From Macrostomum lignano (taxonomy: Eukaryota), in the NCBI GenBank assembly GCA_002269645.1, contig NIVC01000575.1, positions 1-64,000 of the forward strand: 64,000 nt of DNA, read 5' to 3'. A program made the translations under genes and the position numbers. Shown piece by piece: positions 23,491-36,379 of the stretch. Under the pieces are notes generated by a model. The model worked only from the letters and a program-made list of their open reading frames with translations. It ran no database searches and was not told the origin of the DNA. Position 1 is the stretch's first letter. Each line of letters starts with the position of its first letter.

Positions 23491-26400
23491 ATGGCAACAA
23501 AGACCCAAGCCTTCGCTGGTGGAGGGTCATCGTCTCTGCCTCCTGGTGGCCTTTCTCTGACCGAAATCTCACAGAAGCTGGAGAATCAGAAAATCCCCAT
23601 AGTTACGCACATCATCAGTGACGAGGACATTGGCAATGTTGTCGGTGAGAAGCTGCAAACAGTTGACCTGGAACGCGTGCTCAAGGTGCTCACGGATCCG
23701 CACTACGCAGGTCTGTATGACCGGCACGTGATGGCAATTGAACGTCTTCTGCGCCACTACAAGCAAGGCTTCCTTATGAAGGACCTTGTGCAGGTGCGCC
23801 GAATTCTTAACATCTGCGCAGATCGCATCGAGGAGGGTCTGGTCTGCTACGTGGAGCCCCTGGTTGACTGTCTGTGCGTCTGCGCGCTGCCCTTCCTCAT
23901 GGAGAAGGCATCAGACGAGCTTGCTTACCGTCAGATCAGCGTAGAGACCGCATCTCAGCTCGCTTTTCTCATGCGCGTCGACGTCAGCCGAGTCCGACTG
24001 CAGATCTGTCGGACGCTGGCGCAGATCTACGACGGCGAGCCGCCGCCACAAGACGTCAGGGATCACAAACCAGCTGGGAGAAAGTGAGTAGCTTAGGAAT
24101 GCTTTATTGAGCGGTATGGCTAGTTTATATATATGTTCCTATTCTTTCTCACTCCCCAGATACAACCAGGCCATCTGTGAGGAGAGCGACATCTCTGAGA
24201 CGCTGGTTCGAACCCTTAAGCTTTTGGACAAAGACCTGACAGTTCGCCTGGCGGTCATCAGTTTGCTACAGAAGCTGTCGGGTAACTCTACCCGCTGCTG
24301 CATCCAGATGCTCAGCGTCAACGCCGCCTACACTCTGTGCAGCCGTATGACAGACCCGGATCCGTCCGGTGAACTGCTGTTCCGCTCGGTTGAGATCCTC
24401 TGGAACCTGATGCAGCATGGCGATTCTGAGCAAGTTGCCAAGCAGCTTGCCTGTCAGGAGTGCGTCGCTCAACTGCGCGAGGCTTTTGTCTATCTGCTGC
24501 CAAGGACATTTTCCGTGTTCGACCGTCAGTTAAGGAACGACGTTCTGGTGTTGGTGCAGCTCCTGGCCGCTACCGACTGTCGGGCGCCGTTCATCGAGGT
24601 CGGCTTTCTCAAGCAGTTGACTCTGTTCGCAACCTTCGAGGAGGTCAAGAGTCACAGTCCACTGGTCAGGAACCTGAAACTGTCGAAGAACCACGAGGAT
24701 TTTGAACTCAAGAAGCTGCTCATAAGCACGCTCGTCAGCCTATCCAGCGATCCCTGTGCCCTGCCTGTTCTGTCTGAAGGCCACTTCATGCTGGCTCTGC
24801 TCTCCTATGTGAAGCCGAACGAGCCAACAAGCAAACCGAGAGAGCTGCCGCCGGCCTACGTGGAGGAGCTGCAGCTGCTGGCTTTGTCCGCCCTTGCTAC
24901 CGTGGGACCGAAGATGCAAGCTGACTTCGTCAGCTGCAACGGCTGCAACCGGCTTCTGGAATTGCTCTTCTGGTGCACGGAGGCCAGCGACGACTATCTC
25001 GGCTACGGCAACGCCTTCCACGGCGCAGGGGGCCGCGGCAGCAAGCGGGCCCAGATGCGGCGCACCTTGCGAGCGATCTCGGCAATGGTGACCACCAACA
25101 ACCCGGACATCCTGGCCGACTTTGTTGACCAAGATGCTATCGGTGCCCTAAGCGAGATTCTGGCCTCTTCTGTGTCGGCCGGGAACCGAACCGGACAAGC
25201 TGCAACAGCCGTAGTGAATGACGACGACACCATCGACTTGGAGATGAAGCGCGAGATGCTGGGCATCCTCAGCGGTCTCTGCGAGAACAGTCTGCACAAT
25301 AAAGACCTGTTCGGCCCGTCTGGTGTGGCTACGCTAGTGCAGTTCTTGCGCACGGACCCGGGGCTTCTGAGCTCTGGTCTTGGTCACTACCAGCTCGTTA
25401 TTGGTGCCATCGACGCTGTATGGTGCTGCGTGGTCGGCTCTTACACCACGGAGGACTGCTTCCTTGAACGAGAGGGTGTGTATCTGCTGCTGGACTTGCT
25501 GGAACGTTGCCCGTCGGATTTGCACAGCCTCATTCTTGGCGTGCTTCTCGATCTCAGCGAGAACGAGAAAACTCTGCCGCACTTGAAGACCTGGAAAGGC
25601 GGCCGCGAGGTGACGGCTCCGCATCTGTTCTGCGCGTTGTGGCGCGACACCGAAGCCAGCATTGGTTGTCCGCGCCGGCCAGACGGCTCCATCGGTGACC
25701 TGCTGTCTCCACTGATGGGCGACGCCCAGCGTAAGCAGCTGGTGACGCCGCAGCCGGCCAACTGGCCGAGCCGATCGATCGTTGAAGTCGCTGAGAACGT
25801 GCGCGCCAAGATCTATGCTCTGTTCTACCGGATCGGCTTTGTCGACCTGCCGGGCATCAATGCTGAAGATCACGTGACTCTGACGCTGATCGAGCGCTAC
25901 CTGGACTACAAGCTTGGCGAGGTGTGGGACGAGGTGCAGCGAGAGCTGGAGCTGGAGCAGGTGCGGCCTGTCACGCCAGACCGGGAGGCACTGGACTGGA
26001 TCAACAAGTGCACGGAGCAGGAGACACTTCTGGTTGCCAAGACCCAGTCGGAGCTCATGGACGCCAAGCGGGATCAGGAAGTCTCGGAAGAGCAGGCGCT
26101 ATACTCGGAGCTTCGCGAGGACCACCGCCAGAAGGAGAAAGCGATTAATGACTTCAGCGATTTTGTAGCGCGAACCTCGGACTACTCAAAGCTGCGCGAG
26201 GCAAAAACACGCCAGCTAGCATCGATTGAAGCGTCTCGCATTGTGCCGCTACAGCAGGACGGGGCAGCGTTCCACAGCACCGAGCTGGTCAACCTGCAGG
26301 CTACGGTAAGTCGGAAGGCATAGCAGTATAGCAGTTAAAACTTAAACCCTGAACTTAATAGAATAACCATCGACAACAAAGGTAGAAAGAAGGTCGTGAC

Positions 26401-27473
26401 AATCGTGCGATTTTCGCTACAGAATTCAATAGCGAGATGGAAAGTGATAAGTTTTTAAGCACTAACTTAGCATTTCTAGCGTTAAAACATCTAAATTTTT
26501 AATTACTTATTTGATTTACGATTCCCTCTGGATAGATTTGGATTATTTTCACCCCCTCTCAAGATTAATTTGGGCCTGTGTGCTCGTAATTGGGGTGCGA
26601 TCGTAAGTGCGGTTCACAGTCATGAGGCCCAGCCCCCAAGGCACAGAGAGCGTACATGCCTGACGATTGGAAAGTCATGGCCGCTGTACACCCTGTGTGA
26701 GTTCGTGCCTGCGTACAGTATTTTTTTTATTAGAGGCAGGGGGGTTGTGTGCACCCTGGCGCACTTTAAGCGACATAGGCACACAACCGGCGAGAGGCAT
26801 TACTGCCCATTCCGCCGACTCCCCTGAGCAGGCATACAAGCGCGCGGATACGTACGCAGGCACACACTCACACAGGAGTGTACAGCGGCCCTAACTTTAT
26901 ATTATCGTTAGTCATGTACACTTCACTGCGCCTTGGGGGGTTGGCTCTCAAGGCCGTTAATTGCACGAGCAGAGCCAAGTGGAGATTCCAATTCAGCCCC
27001 AAATTAATGTGACTGCACTTGGAATCGAGCCTGGGTCGCTGGCACACCAGAGCAGCTGCGCTACCGCTGGGCTACGGCCCCCTTTGCGTACGGTATTGGA
27101 GCGCTTGTATTTGCTTAGGATTCAGCGCTGGTTTATGGGTCGATAAAGCCTAAAGCTTTGTACCTGGGTGTATCTTATTGTTACTCTCATTGAGTTCAGA
27201 GCCAATGACTTCGCCGAACTTCATAGTGACCGCTGCTTGCTCGCGGTGCTTCATGCTGCATCTTCATGCTAATAACTGTTTCAACTCCAAAACCATCCTT
27301 CTGCACAGGTGTTCTGCAACACGTCCGTGAAGCTGCAGTCCACTCCCGCCGACATTCTCGGAGGCCACATGAATGTGAAGGAGCGACTGACATCCTGGAT
27401 GACAAACTACCCTAGAGGCGGCGGAACTGCCGGTGGCCAGACCACCGGCCGATCAGTGGAAATTGTTGAATAA
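23491..27473 (+). CDS. CFAP69: Cilia- and flagella-associated protein 69, ~967 aa. Exons 23491-24083, 24160-26305, 27309-27473.
   Basis: N-terminus IPIV..VDLERVLKVL..YKQGFLMKDLVQVRRILNIC..CALPFL..SDE..LRLQIC matches CFAP69; ARM-like body with RSVEILWNL, DFELKKLL, FHGAGGRGSKRAQMR; last exon VFCNTSVKLQSTPADILGG. Splice phases 2 and 0 are consistent and the frame is intact. Confidence 0.95.
26563..27170 (+). mobile_element. Older diverged SINE of the same superfamily (+ strand), split by the younger SINE, in CFAP69 intron 2
   Basis: 26563-26716 (cccaaggcacag..gtacatgcct.acgat..ggccgctgtacaccctgtgtgag..gtgcctgcgtac) and 27085 onward (gcgcttgtat..tgct.agg) align to the SINE body in the opposite orientation. 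Confidence 0.75.
26723..27084 (-). mobile_element. tRNA-derived SINE, copy 2, with 13-bp TSD (1 mismatch)
   Basis: Near-identical to 14801-15157; A-rich tail; TSD tgcgtac(a/g)gtatt at 26710-26722 and 27085-27097. Confidence 0.92.
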
Positions 27474-28877
27474 ATCCCCCTTCCCCTGTTACATGCTGAA
27501 CTGTCTGTTTTTAATATAAAAACCATATGAAAAAATCCTACTAAACTACTTTTGCAAGTAGTTTACTACCTGTTGAGGAGATGTTGTATACTTTGTCATA
27601 ACTCAATTTCTATCAACTCATATTCCACGATTATAAACAACTATTTTATGGCTTGCAAAAATACTAGCAAGGTAAAACATTTACCTACAACCAATAGACA
27701 TCTTTTATGTACGATGCGGTCAGTTTTATTTTGAATCCGTTCTCCAAAGTTTCTTTAAAGATCAAATGCTACTAAATTTAAAAAAATTGACTTAACGTAC
27801 TCTTACTTATGTAAAACGTAACTGTTTACTTATGAGTATCTTAAAATGTCTCTCTTTGTATTAAAATAATTAAACCCACCACCAATTTCAAATATAATAT
27901 TGTTTGACAGATATGTGCCAGGTGGGCTGATTACAGCTCGTTAGTGCTCTGGCGAAAGTGCTCGGGACTTCTACTTTTGCTAAAAACAATATCGAATCCC
28001 GCCTTCCAAATTCACTTGCTTTTTAGCTCGTCTTATGCAGAGGCTGTCAAAAAAGACTTCTGAGCTCAAACATATTCAGCAATATTAAAAAATTTGCTAC
28101 CATTTGAGAATGCAAGTGTTGGCGCTTCAAACTCTCTCAATTTCGCGGAGAGGTGACGCTAGGCTATCAATGGTATCGAGACTAACCTCACTGCTTTGAT
28201 TTTCGGCGAGTCACCAACGCGTCTCTGTATCGCTGAGCCGGCCTGTTTCGTCCAAGCGACCTGTGACTCCAGCTACATCATCCACTAGACATTTTTTCAA
28301 CTGCCTGCTGGCATTTTTTCTTGTGTTGTCGCTGTTTTCGGGACATTGTTCGCTGCTAATGCTATAATTCAGAGATTTTTAGGGCATTTTCCTAATTTTG
28401 GAGCAGTGAAAGTTGATTGCGCGGTTCAATCAGGAAACAAACGCATGGAAGTAAGACAAGCTAAATAAAACTGTCTAAATGTCAAATGAATTTATAACAA
28501 AATCTGAGACGAATGTCACGTCTAAAGAAACAATCAAATCTGAGCAGTCATCCAAATCTTCTTGGCCGGAAGTCCTCTTCGGTAGACATGCAAATAATGT
28601 CTAAACAAGGCACGGAAATCTTTTTTTCAGCGTTGGTTTTAGAGGCAAAAATTCAGAACAAATGCATTAACTACAGTTCTTAACGGACATTGCAAATAGG
28701 CAACTTGTCTCGAAAGTTGAACGCACAATTTAATCGATAGCGGTGTCAGCGGTTTGTGAAGGATACGTGCGAACTCCTTTAATATTTAAAGCAGCAACAT
28801 TGAGCGACAACCGCAATTTCAGACCCAGTGCGCCTGAGCAAGAGTTGGAAAACCTACCTTGCGTCATCTGCAGTGCT

Positions 28878-28928
28878 GTTTGTCTGTCTGTCTGTCTGTC
28901 TGTCTTAGTGTCTGTCTGTCTGTCTTAG

Positions 28929-28977
<49 letters not shown>

Positions 28978-29028
28978 TAGTGTCTGTCTGTCTTAGTGTC
29001 TGTCTGTCTGTCTGTCTGTCTGTCTGGC

Positions 29029-29069
<41 letters not shown>

Positions 29070-29104
29070 TAGTGTCTGTCTGTCTGTCTTAGTGTCTGTC
29101 TTAG

Positions 29105-29145
<41 letters not shown>

Positions 29146-29206
29146 TAGTGTCTGTCTGTCTGTCTTAGTGTCTGTCTGTCTGTCTGTCTGTCTGTCTTTC
29201 TGTCTA

Positions 29207-29277
<71 letters not shown>

Positions 29278-29334
29278 TAGTGTCTGTCTGTCTTAGTGTC
29301 TGTCTGTCTGTCTTAGTGTCTGTCTGTCTTAGTA

Positions 29335-29389
<55 letters not shown>

Positions 29390-29456
29390 TAGTGTCTGTC
29401 TGTCTTAGTGTCTGTCTGTCTTAGTGTCTGTCTGTCTTAGTGTCTGTCTGTCTTAG

Positions 29457-29501
<45 letters not shown>

Positions 29502-29540
29502 TTCTGTCTATCTGTCTGTCTGTCTGTCTGTCTGTCTTAG

Positions 29541-29585
<45 letters not shown>

Positions 29586-29586
29586 T

Positions 29587-29649
<63 letters not shown>

Positions 29650-29688
29650 TTCTGTCTATCTGTCTGTCTGTCTGTCTGTCTGTCTTAG

Positions 29689-29769
<81 letters not shown>

Positions 29770-29810
29770 TAGTGTCTTCTGTCTGTATGTCTGTCTGTCT
29801 GTCTGTCTTG
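28878..29810. repeat. (GTCT)n microsatellite with cttagt interruptions, ~930 bp
   Basis: Directly visible. Confidence 0.97.
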
Positions 29811-30517
29811 ATTACTCTCTAGTGTGTAGTTTTGAAAGTTAATTATAAAAAGGAAATAGATGAGAGTAAGCCCATATTACAGATTCAAAGAAATCAGGTT
29901 AAGGGGTTCAAATTTGCAAGGTCCTAAGTGTGCAGTTTTCAGAAAAGTGTACCTGCCCCAGCCTGAAGCATTTAACTCTAACAGAAAATAGGCCAAAGGT
30001 TCCAAGTGGGCTAGTTAGCTAATTTGAAAAGAAGCTGCAGATGCAGTGAGTGTATATACAATAAAACTCAAAAGACTAAAAAATACTAAAAAAACAGTAA
30101 AAACTTTTTCATAGGTAGTATACACGGTTCAACTCAGACTCGGACAGTTCAAATTGGACTACTCATACTTTCCAAATGCGAACTCGCTAATCCACTGGCT
30201 GTCTTAGAGCGTCTTGCACCGCGGCCATCTTAAAATAAGCATTCAAAGCTGATTTGGCGGCTTCTGCAGTTCCTTTTACTGTCTGCCTCTCCAGCTCAAT
30301 TTTTTGCACGAATCCGCTTTACCGGGCAGTCAGATTGGGAAGAAATGATGATGCGGGAGGCTCTAGGGGAAGAGAGACGGGTCTGGAAAAAGCCGACCGC
30401 ATAGCTTCATTTTGCGCGCATTCAGACAAGAGCCCAGCCGGTCGGAACTGGTCTAGCATCGTCGTGACAGCAGTGTACAACAACGACAACAGCAACAACC
30501 ACTCTTCCCAGCTCGAT

Positions 30518-30686
30518 ATGTCACTCCAAGGCGCAGCCGCCGGTGTCTTAACAGAAGCCGGAAACGATGAAAGCGACCCCCACAATCTGCACTATTATTC
30601 GCCAATGTACAAGGCTGGAATTAGCGGCGAAGCTGACGCAATCTGGGTGCTGACCTCGGCCTTCATCATCTTCACAATGCAGAGCG
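30518..30686 (+). CDS. amt: Amt first exon A (N-terminus + TM1 copy A)
   Basis: MSLQGAAAGVLTEAGNDESDPHNLHYYSPMYKAGISGEADAIWVLTSAFIIFTMQSG; phase-1 donor G|GTTCGT. Confidence 0.8.
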
Positions 30687-33600
30687 GTTCGTGTCTAATT
30701 ATTTTTATAGGCACTAACACAAGCAAAAGTAAAGCTGGAAGTTGAAAATGAACAATATTACTAGGGGAAATTTTGGATATTTAAAAGCCTAATGGAAATT
30801 CAGAATTTTTAATTAAAATTTATTATTCCTTTCTTTGTTGCCCCCTCGTTGGGGGGCGCAGATTGCTAGTCAGAATATACTAAACACCAACTTCTGAAAT
30901 ATGGATAATATATAGGATCTTTTCATTTTGTGGTATTCTTACTTTCGTCCACTTACCAAAAAACCCTATTGATAGAGGGGTTAAGACTTTTCAGAGGTGT
31001 ATTTTGTTTCGTTTTGTTATTTACGATAATCATAACGCATACTAAATTACTTATTTTGCGAGAGTATTAAGGCATGAATATGTTCTGCTATATAACAACA
31101 CAAACAGTCCCAGATATCATGACATCAGGTCACAATCACGCAGCTAGCTATTTTCATACACATTAGAGTCACCGGATAAGGCAAACTTCCCGAGTGTGAT
31201 CATTCCCTATAGAGATTTTACACTCTGTCTGTCAAATTTCCTCTTGCCATTATTTCATACTACACGTATACTGTTATAATCAGTGCATTAGGACACATCA
31301 GTATCCAATACTGATAAGACGCCTCAGTATACTGCTCTAACTTGTGTCATTAATAATTCCCAATCCAACCCCTATTAGGACTTGCTGCACAGTCATCTAC
31401 AGTATATAGCTTCCTCTAATTCTGTCTTTTTTCGACGTCTTCTTGCCTTAACAGTCAAATATCTACGCCAAGAGCTCAATGTGAGTGGTCATGGTCTTTC
31501 CAAGAATTCTGCATCAAGCGCACAAGTTTCTATAGTGACGGCGGATAAATTTAGAGCGATTCAATCACAGATTTTATATTCCTGGTTGCAGCGCGAAAAC
31601 CAAGGGGTTCAGACCATGGTCCCATAGCTTCTGCTCCTCTCAAGCACTACCAGCAACGGCTGGTGTCAGTGGCCCTAACCTGGAATGCTGGATTGACATC
31701 TAACTAATATAGATGAATCTGCGGTTTCAATCGCGTTTCAAAACAAATACCCTACCCATAACGATCGATAGTTAAAGAAATAACTTCTGCAGACCTGATA
31801 ACTAGGATTCATTAAGCTGTGAAATTCTCATCAAATATCCAATAGCTACGATCCTACTCCCAAATCTTTCCTTTTTCATTTTGACTTAGTAGTAATCTGT
31901 GGTTTACTTTTGGTTTTAAAACTTTGCTCAAAATGAAAGTCTTCAAAAGCACCACAAATAACAACTGCATCAGCAAAGGGATAAGATCGAGAGCTAAGAG
32001 CGAGATACCTCTAGGGAAATGAATAATTTTGTCATTGTGAAGTATGAAGAGAAAGATTTCGACTGCACCAAAGTGGGATGAAAGGGGATGATGCAAAAGA
32101 CTATACCCAAGACTGCACCTGGCAACAGGTGATAGTGTAAGATGAGACGTTTGTTGATCACTCCGAGCCAATCAGCCTGGAAACAAAACAAGAAAGAAGG
32201 AAACGGAAATATAGAGGTGTAGGGGTTTGGTGCCCAGTCTAGCGAGAAATTTTCTAGAGCAGCCAAGAAAGACGAAGCAAAGGCTCCGTGAAAACATGTC
32301 CTCGACAGCAACTCGGACGCCACTTGTTCGGGAGCTGCAAAGTGACGCTATATGGATATTATCGTCCACATTCAGCATTTTCACGATGCAAAGCGGTGAG
32401 ACGTATTGATCTCTCAAACGTTTAGTGTTGGCTGTTGGGAAGCGTAGAACGCAGAGTTACAAGTACAGTAATGCGGCCAACCAATTTGTACAAATTACCA
32501 TCACGCACGACTTGACCATGCATGTTCAACGTGCATCGAACTACAACCTGTACCCTATGAACTCCACTAGGATTTGGTCTGCTTGAGTCCGGCTCGTGCA
32601 CGGCCAAAAACGAGGTTAACATTATGGTGAAGAACGTTGCGGACGTGGTGTTCGGTGGCTTCTCCTATTGGCTAGCCGGCTATTCATTCTCTTTCGGCAA
32701 CGACGACATGGCCAACCAGTTCTGCGGCTGGGGCAACTTCATGGTGATGACGCACAGGAACGACACGGGCTGGCTGTACTCCAAATTCTTCTTTCAGGCG
32801 TCGTTTGCGACAACCTCGACAACGATTGTGTCCGGAGCGATGGCTGAGCGGACAAAACTCGAGTCCTACATGCTATTCAGCTTTTTTAACACCTTCATCT
32901 TTTGCTTCCCGGCGCACTGGATGTGGGCCGAGGAAGGCTTCCTGTACGAGATGAGCTGCATGGACATAGCCGGCGCCGGACCGGTGCACTTGGTGGGCGG
33001 CACAACCGGCATGGTAGCGACTCTAATGCTGAAGCCGAGGCGGCACAGATTCTCCGATAGTTTTCCACAGATGGGCAGCCCGACCAACGCTCTGTTGGGA
33101 ATGTTCATGCTCTGGTGAGTCTAGGCTCTGGCAGCGCCTGTCGGCCCTTTTCATTTGCATTTTGGCTAGTTCAGCCTCTAGCTGGCGTTTGTGTTCACTT
33201 GCTGCTTGCTTTTGCCTTTCTGCCATGTACCTGTAATGAGGGAGCTGGCTGAGTTGCTCGTTTTTAACATGCTGTTCTATAGTGATCGGATATACAATTG
33301 CTTGTACTTAGAAATATATGGGCGGCCTTAGTCTTTGGTCGAAGCGTGCCCTTGCCAGTAGGAGTGGATAATACACCTGTGAGCAGTAATGCACCATAAA
33401 TGAATCGATTTAAAGTTTCTATGAACCCGGGTTAAGCACATGCCAACAGCAGTTTCAAGGCCGCGAATGACTTTTAAAAGTCAACTTATATAGTGCATAA
33501 ATGATTTAGCTTAGAGTCAAAACTCTAATACGCGAAACAGAATACTTGATGTATGCATTGGTTCAATTTTTCATCCGTGCAGGTGGGGCTGGTTGGGCTT

Positions 33601-35688
33601 CAACTGCGGCTCAACCTTCGGCATCAGTGGCGAAAAGTGGAAACTTGCGGCAAGGTTTGCGGCTTTATATTTTTTACTCTAATTTCCTTCTGAATACCAA
33701 ATACAAGACAGAAACTGGTTAACCTAAGCGACTTCTGATACTCGTACAAGTATAGCTTGTATAGCTTTTATTTGTCGAAGTTTGGGAATCTGAAAATACG
33801 TTTAGCACGGGAGCGTTTTCTACTCTAATTTCATATCTTGCAATGACATCCGACTTAAAAACTCCATGTCCCTTAATTTCATACTTCTGAAAATTTACTT
33901 CCCTATAACACCTACATCTGTATCCAGATATTTTAAGGCATGCAAGACAAAGCAACTTCATATTCCCTATTTTTGCACGCTATTGTATGGCACAGTGATA
34001 CGACACTTTTCAATTGTCCCATCAAAAATCAAGTTCTGAAGTCAAATGACCACTTTTGGAATTGTAAAGTCTGGGGCTATAAAAACACCCCCGTAATCAC
34101 AGGTCAACAAGTTCAGTGAGAAACATTAAGTGTAAACCATCACCGTATCTCAACCGTATGTAGATCTGCAGTCTCCACAATCATTGCTTCAATGGGCGGC
34201 GGCATGGTTGGCATGATATTCAGTTACCTGACTCGCCGACGGAAGTTTCACATCAGCCTAATCGTGAATAGCATCTTGGCTAGTCTGGTGGCCATCACAG
34301 GTGCGATTCACATGCTTTTTGCTACTGTATAGTTTGACAACCAGTGTATAAAAATGGCAAGGTTATCCATTATCTGTTTTACCCGAATTTCATCAAAAAT
34401 GCAGCGATGTGTGCGCTGGCAGAGCCCTGGCAGGGCTTCCTCATTGGTGTGGTGGGCGCCCTTCTGGCATGCCTAACCGAGAATGTGGTCCTCAAGCTGC
34501 AGATCGACGATCCAGTTGGTAGGTTAGGTATTGCTAATGAATGCTATGCATTGCGATCGTACATCTGATGCCGGACAAAATAACTCGTACTAAGCAAACA
34601 AACCTTTCAGGAGTGATTGCGGTACACTTCTCTGCGGCGGTGTGGAGCTTGCTCACACCTGGCCTGATGGCGCACCAGGATCCAGATTGGTCTGTGCTTC
34701 GAATCACCACTAGACACGACGGACTCTTTTATGTGAGTTAAGCTATTGTACAATTAAGAGAAGTACAGCGTTGAAAAATGTTCATCTCTTAAAAATTTAG
34801 GGTGGCGGCTTCAAATTGCTAGGCATCCAGACTGTCGCCGTACTCGCCATAGTTGGCTGGACGGCTGTGACATCATTCCTACTTTTAAAGGCTATCGACC
34901 TCATCATGGGCCTGCGCGTGTCCATTGAGCACGAAGAGCTCGGAGCTGATCTGGTTGAACACGACATCGGCGCCAGCCTGATGTTCGACAAGCGCACTCA
35001 GTCGCTGGTGCCGCCACGCGAGGAATCGGTGGCAGCGGCGATGGCGGCGGCTGCTACGGCAGCAGCAGCCGTTGGCGAGTTTCGTGGCGCCAACACGCGC
35101 AGCCTCGGTCAGTTGATGAAGAAGCGCAGCAGCCAGCGTCAGCGCCGCCGTCAGCGATGGCGCCCACCAGGCTTTGAACCCGTCTCCACTGTCGCAATAG
35201 AGAACTCCACGTCCACTGGCGCTGAAGAAGAAAATAATGGCGAAAGAGACGAGGACTATCGTGCTGGATGCTGCCAATGCTGCTGGTCGCGAACTTCAGC
35301 AAAGAAAACAGACAGACCCAACGGGGACAGCAACGGCGTTCGCTTATCGGAGCTGTCATTTCACCGGCGGAGAGGCCACATGGCCTCTTCACCATCTGTG
35401 ACAAGAAATGCCAGCACCACAGCTGCAACAGGCTCAGGGTTGCTTCATAGGCGCATCAAGGAGCATGGAAATCCGGGCGGTTCGTTGAGCCTCGGCAGCC
35501 GATTCTGGGGTCCCACACCAAAGACGGCTAAGACGCATAGAAGTCGCCGCCGAGACAGCGACCGCCTAACAGTTGCATGTAGCAACAGCACTAACTGGGC
35601 GTCAACTTCTTCAACGTCCGCAGTGACTTTCTTCATTCAAGACGGTGAGAGTCGCGTGGATCAACCCGAAAATCTAGTGCAGGCTTGA
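30518..35688 (+). CDS. amt: Ammonium transporter (Amt family). First exon A 30518-30686 or B 32296-32395; shared exons 32571-33114, 33583-33654, 34164-34300, 34405-34518, 34611-34732, 34801-35688.
   Basis: DAIW..FTMQSG|FGLLESG..KNEVNIMVKN, FQASFATTSTTIVSGAMAER, AHWMW, DIAGAGPVHLVGG (His1), WWGWLGFNCGST, IDDPVGVIAVH (His2), LGADLVEH; all splice phases are consistent. Confidence 0.95.
30790..30869 (+). mobile_element. Helitron 3'-end fragment (hairpin + CTAG|T)
   Basis: gccccctcgttggggggc-gcagattg-ctag|t, nearly the same as the 3' end at 52160-52187. Confidence 0.65.
32296..32395 (+). CDS. amt: Amt first exon B (N-terminus + TM1 copy B)
   Basis: MSSTATRTPLVRELQSDAIWILSSTFSIFTMQSG; phase-1 donor G|GTGAGA. 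Confidence 0.82.
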
Positions 35689-36379
35689 AGATGGGGATAT
35701 AATCTTAAAAGACTAAAACACAGATTAGGAGCGAGATAAAGGTTGCAGCGCAAGCGACTGTGAAATACCAATACTTATTGTTTCTTTTTATTGTTCAGTG
35801 AATCGGAAGCTTTAAGAGGTCTCATTTCTGGTGTTCGCGGCCCTCGCGGCCGGCTGTGACCTGCTCCAAAGCTGTTCCATGGGCGCAAATGCTTTTGGTA
35901 TTTTTATTCTTAACAAAGATTTAGCGTCGCACTACAGTCGGTTGTTTTTTTTATAAAATTTCTGATAAGCTCCAACAATCACTAACAAAGCAGTCACAGA
36001 CTCCGGACTGCAGTGGTTCCCAATAATTACGCACTGATAGTGATAACGTTACCAACACACGAATTATCTGTACATTACTTTTTATCTACCATTCGCTTCA
36101 AATTATGTATATTGCCTATGACTACATTTGACCTCTGCTTATTAAGTCCATTTATTGTGTAACTACTGGTAAATCAACAAAAATATTTTTTCATAACTTC
36201 TCCCATCATCTTCATTTTTCTATAACACATCAATATTAAACATTCCATCTACTTCAACCACCCGTATTAGCATACTTTCTTGACAAAAGTTTAAGCCATA
36301 AAATGCGTCTTAACTCAACTGTCGCGACTGTTCTGTAAATCTAATATATAAACGTAACATTCTTTAGAGTTTATTGGCA

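Noticed and set aside
23569-26168. Many antisense or alternative-frame ORFs overlapping CFAP69 (likewise over iGluR, Amt and DEG/ENaC)
   Set aside because: Shadow ORFs of GC-rich coding sequence with no recognisable motifs
28878-30869. A single Helitron spanning the GTCT array and Amt exon A
   Set aside because: No Helitron 5' terminus or internal family sequence found around the microsatellite
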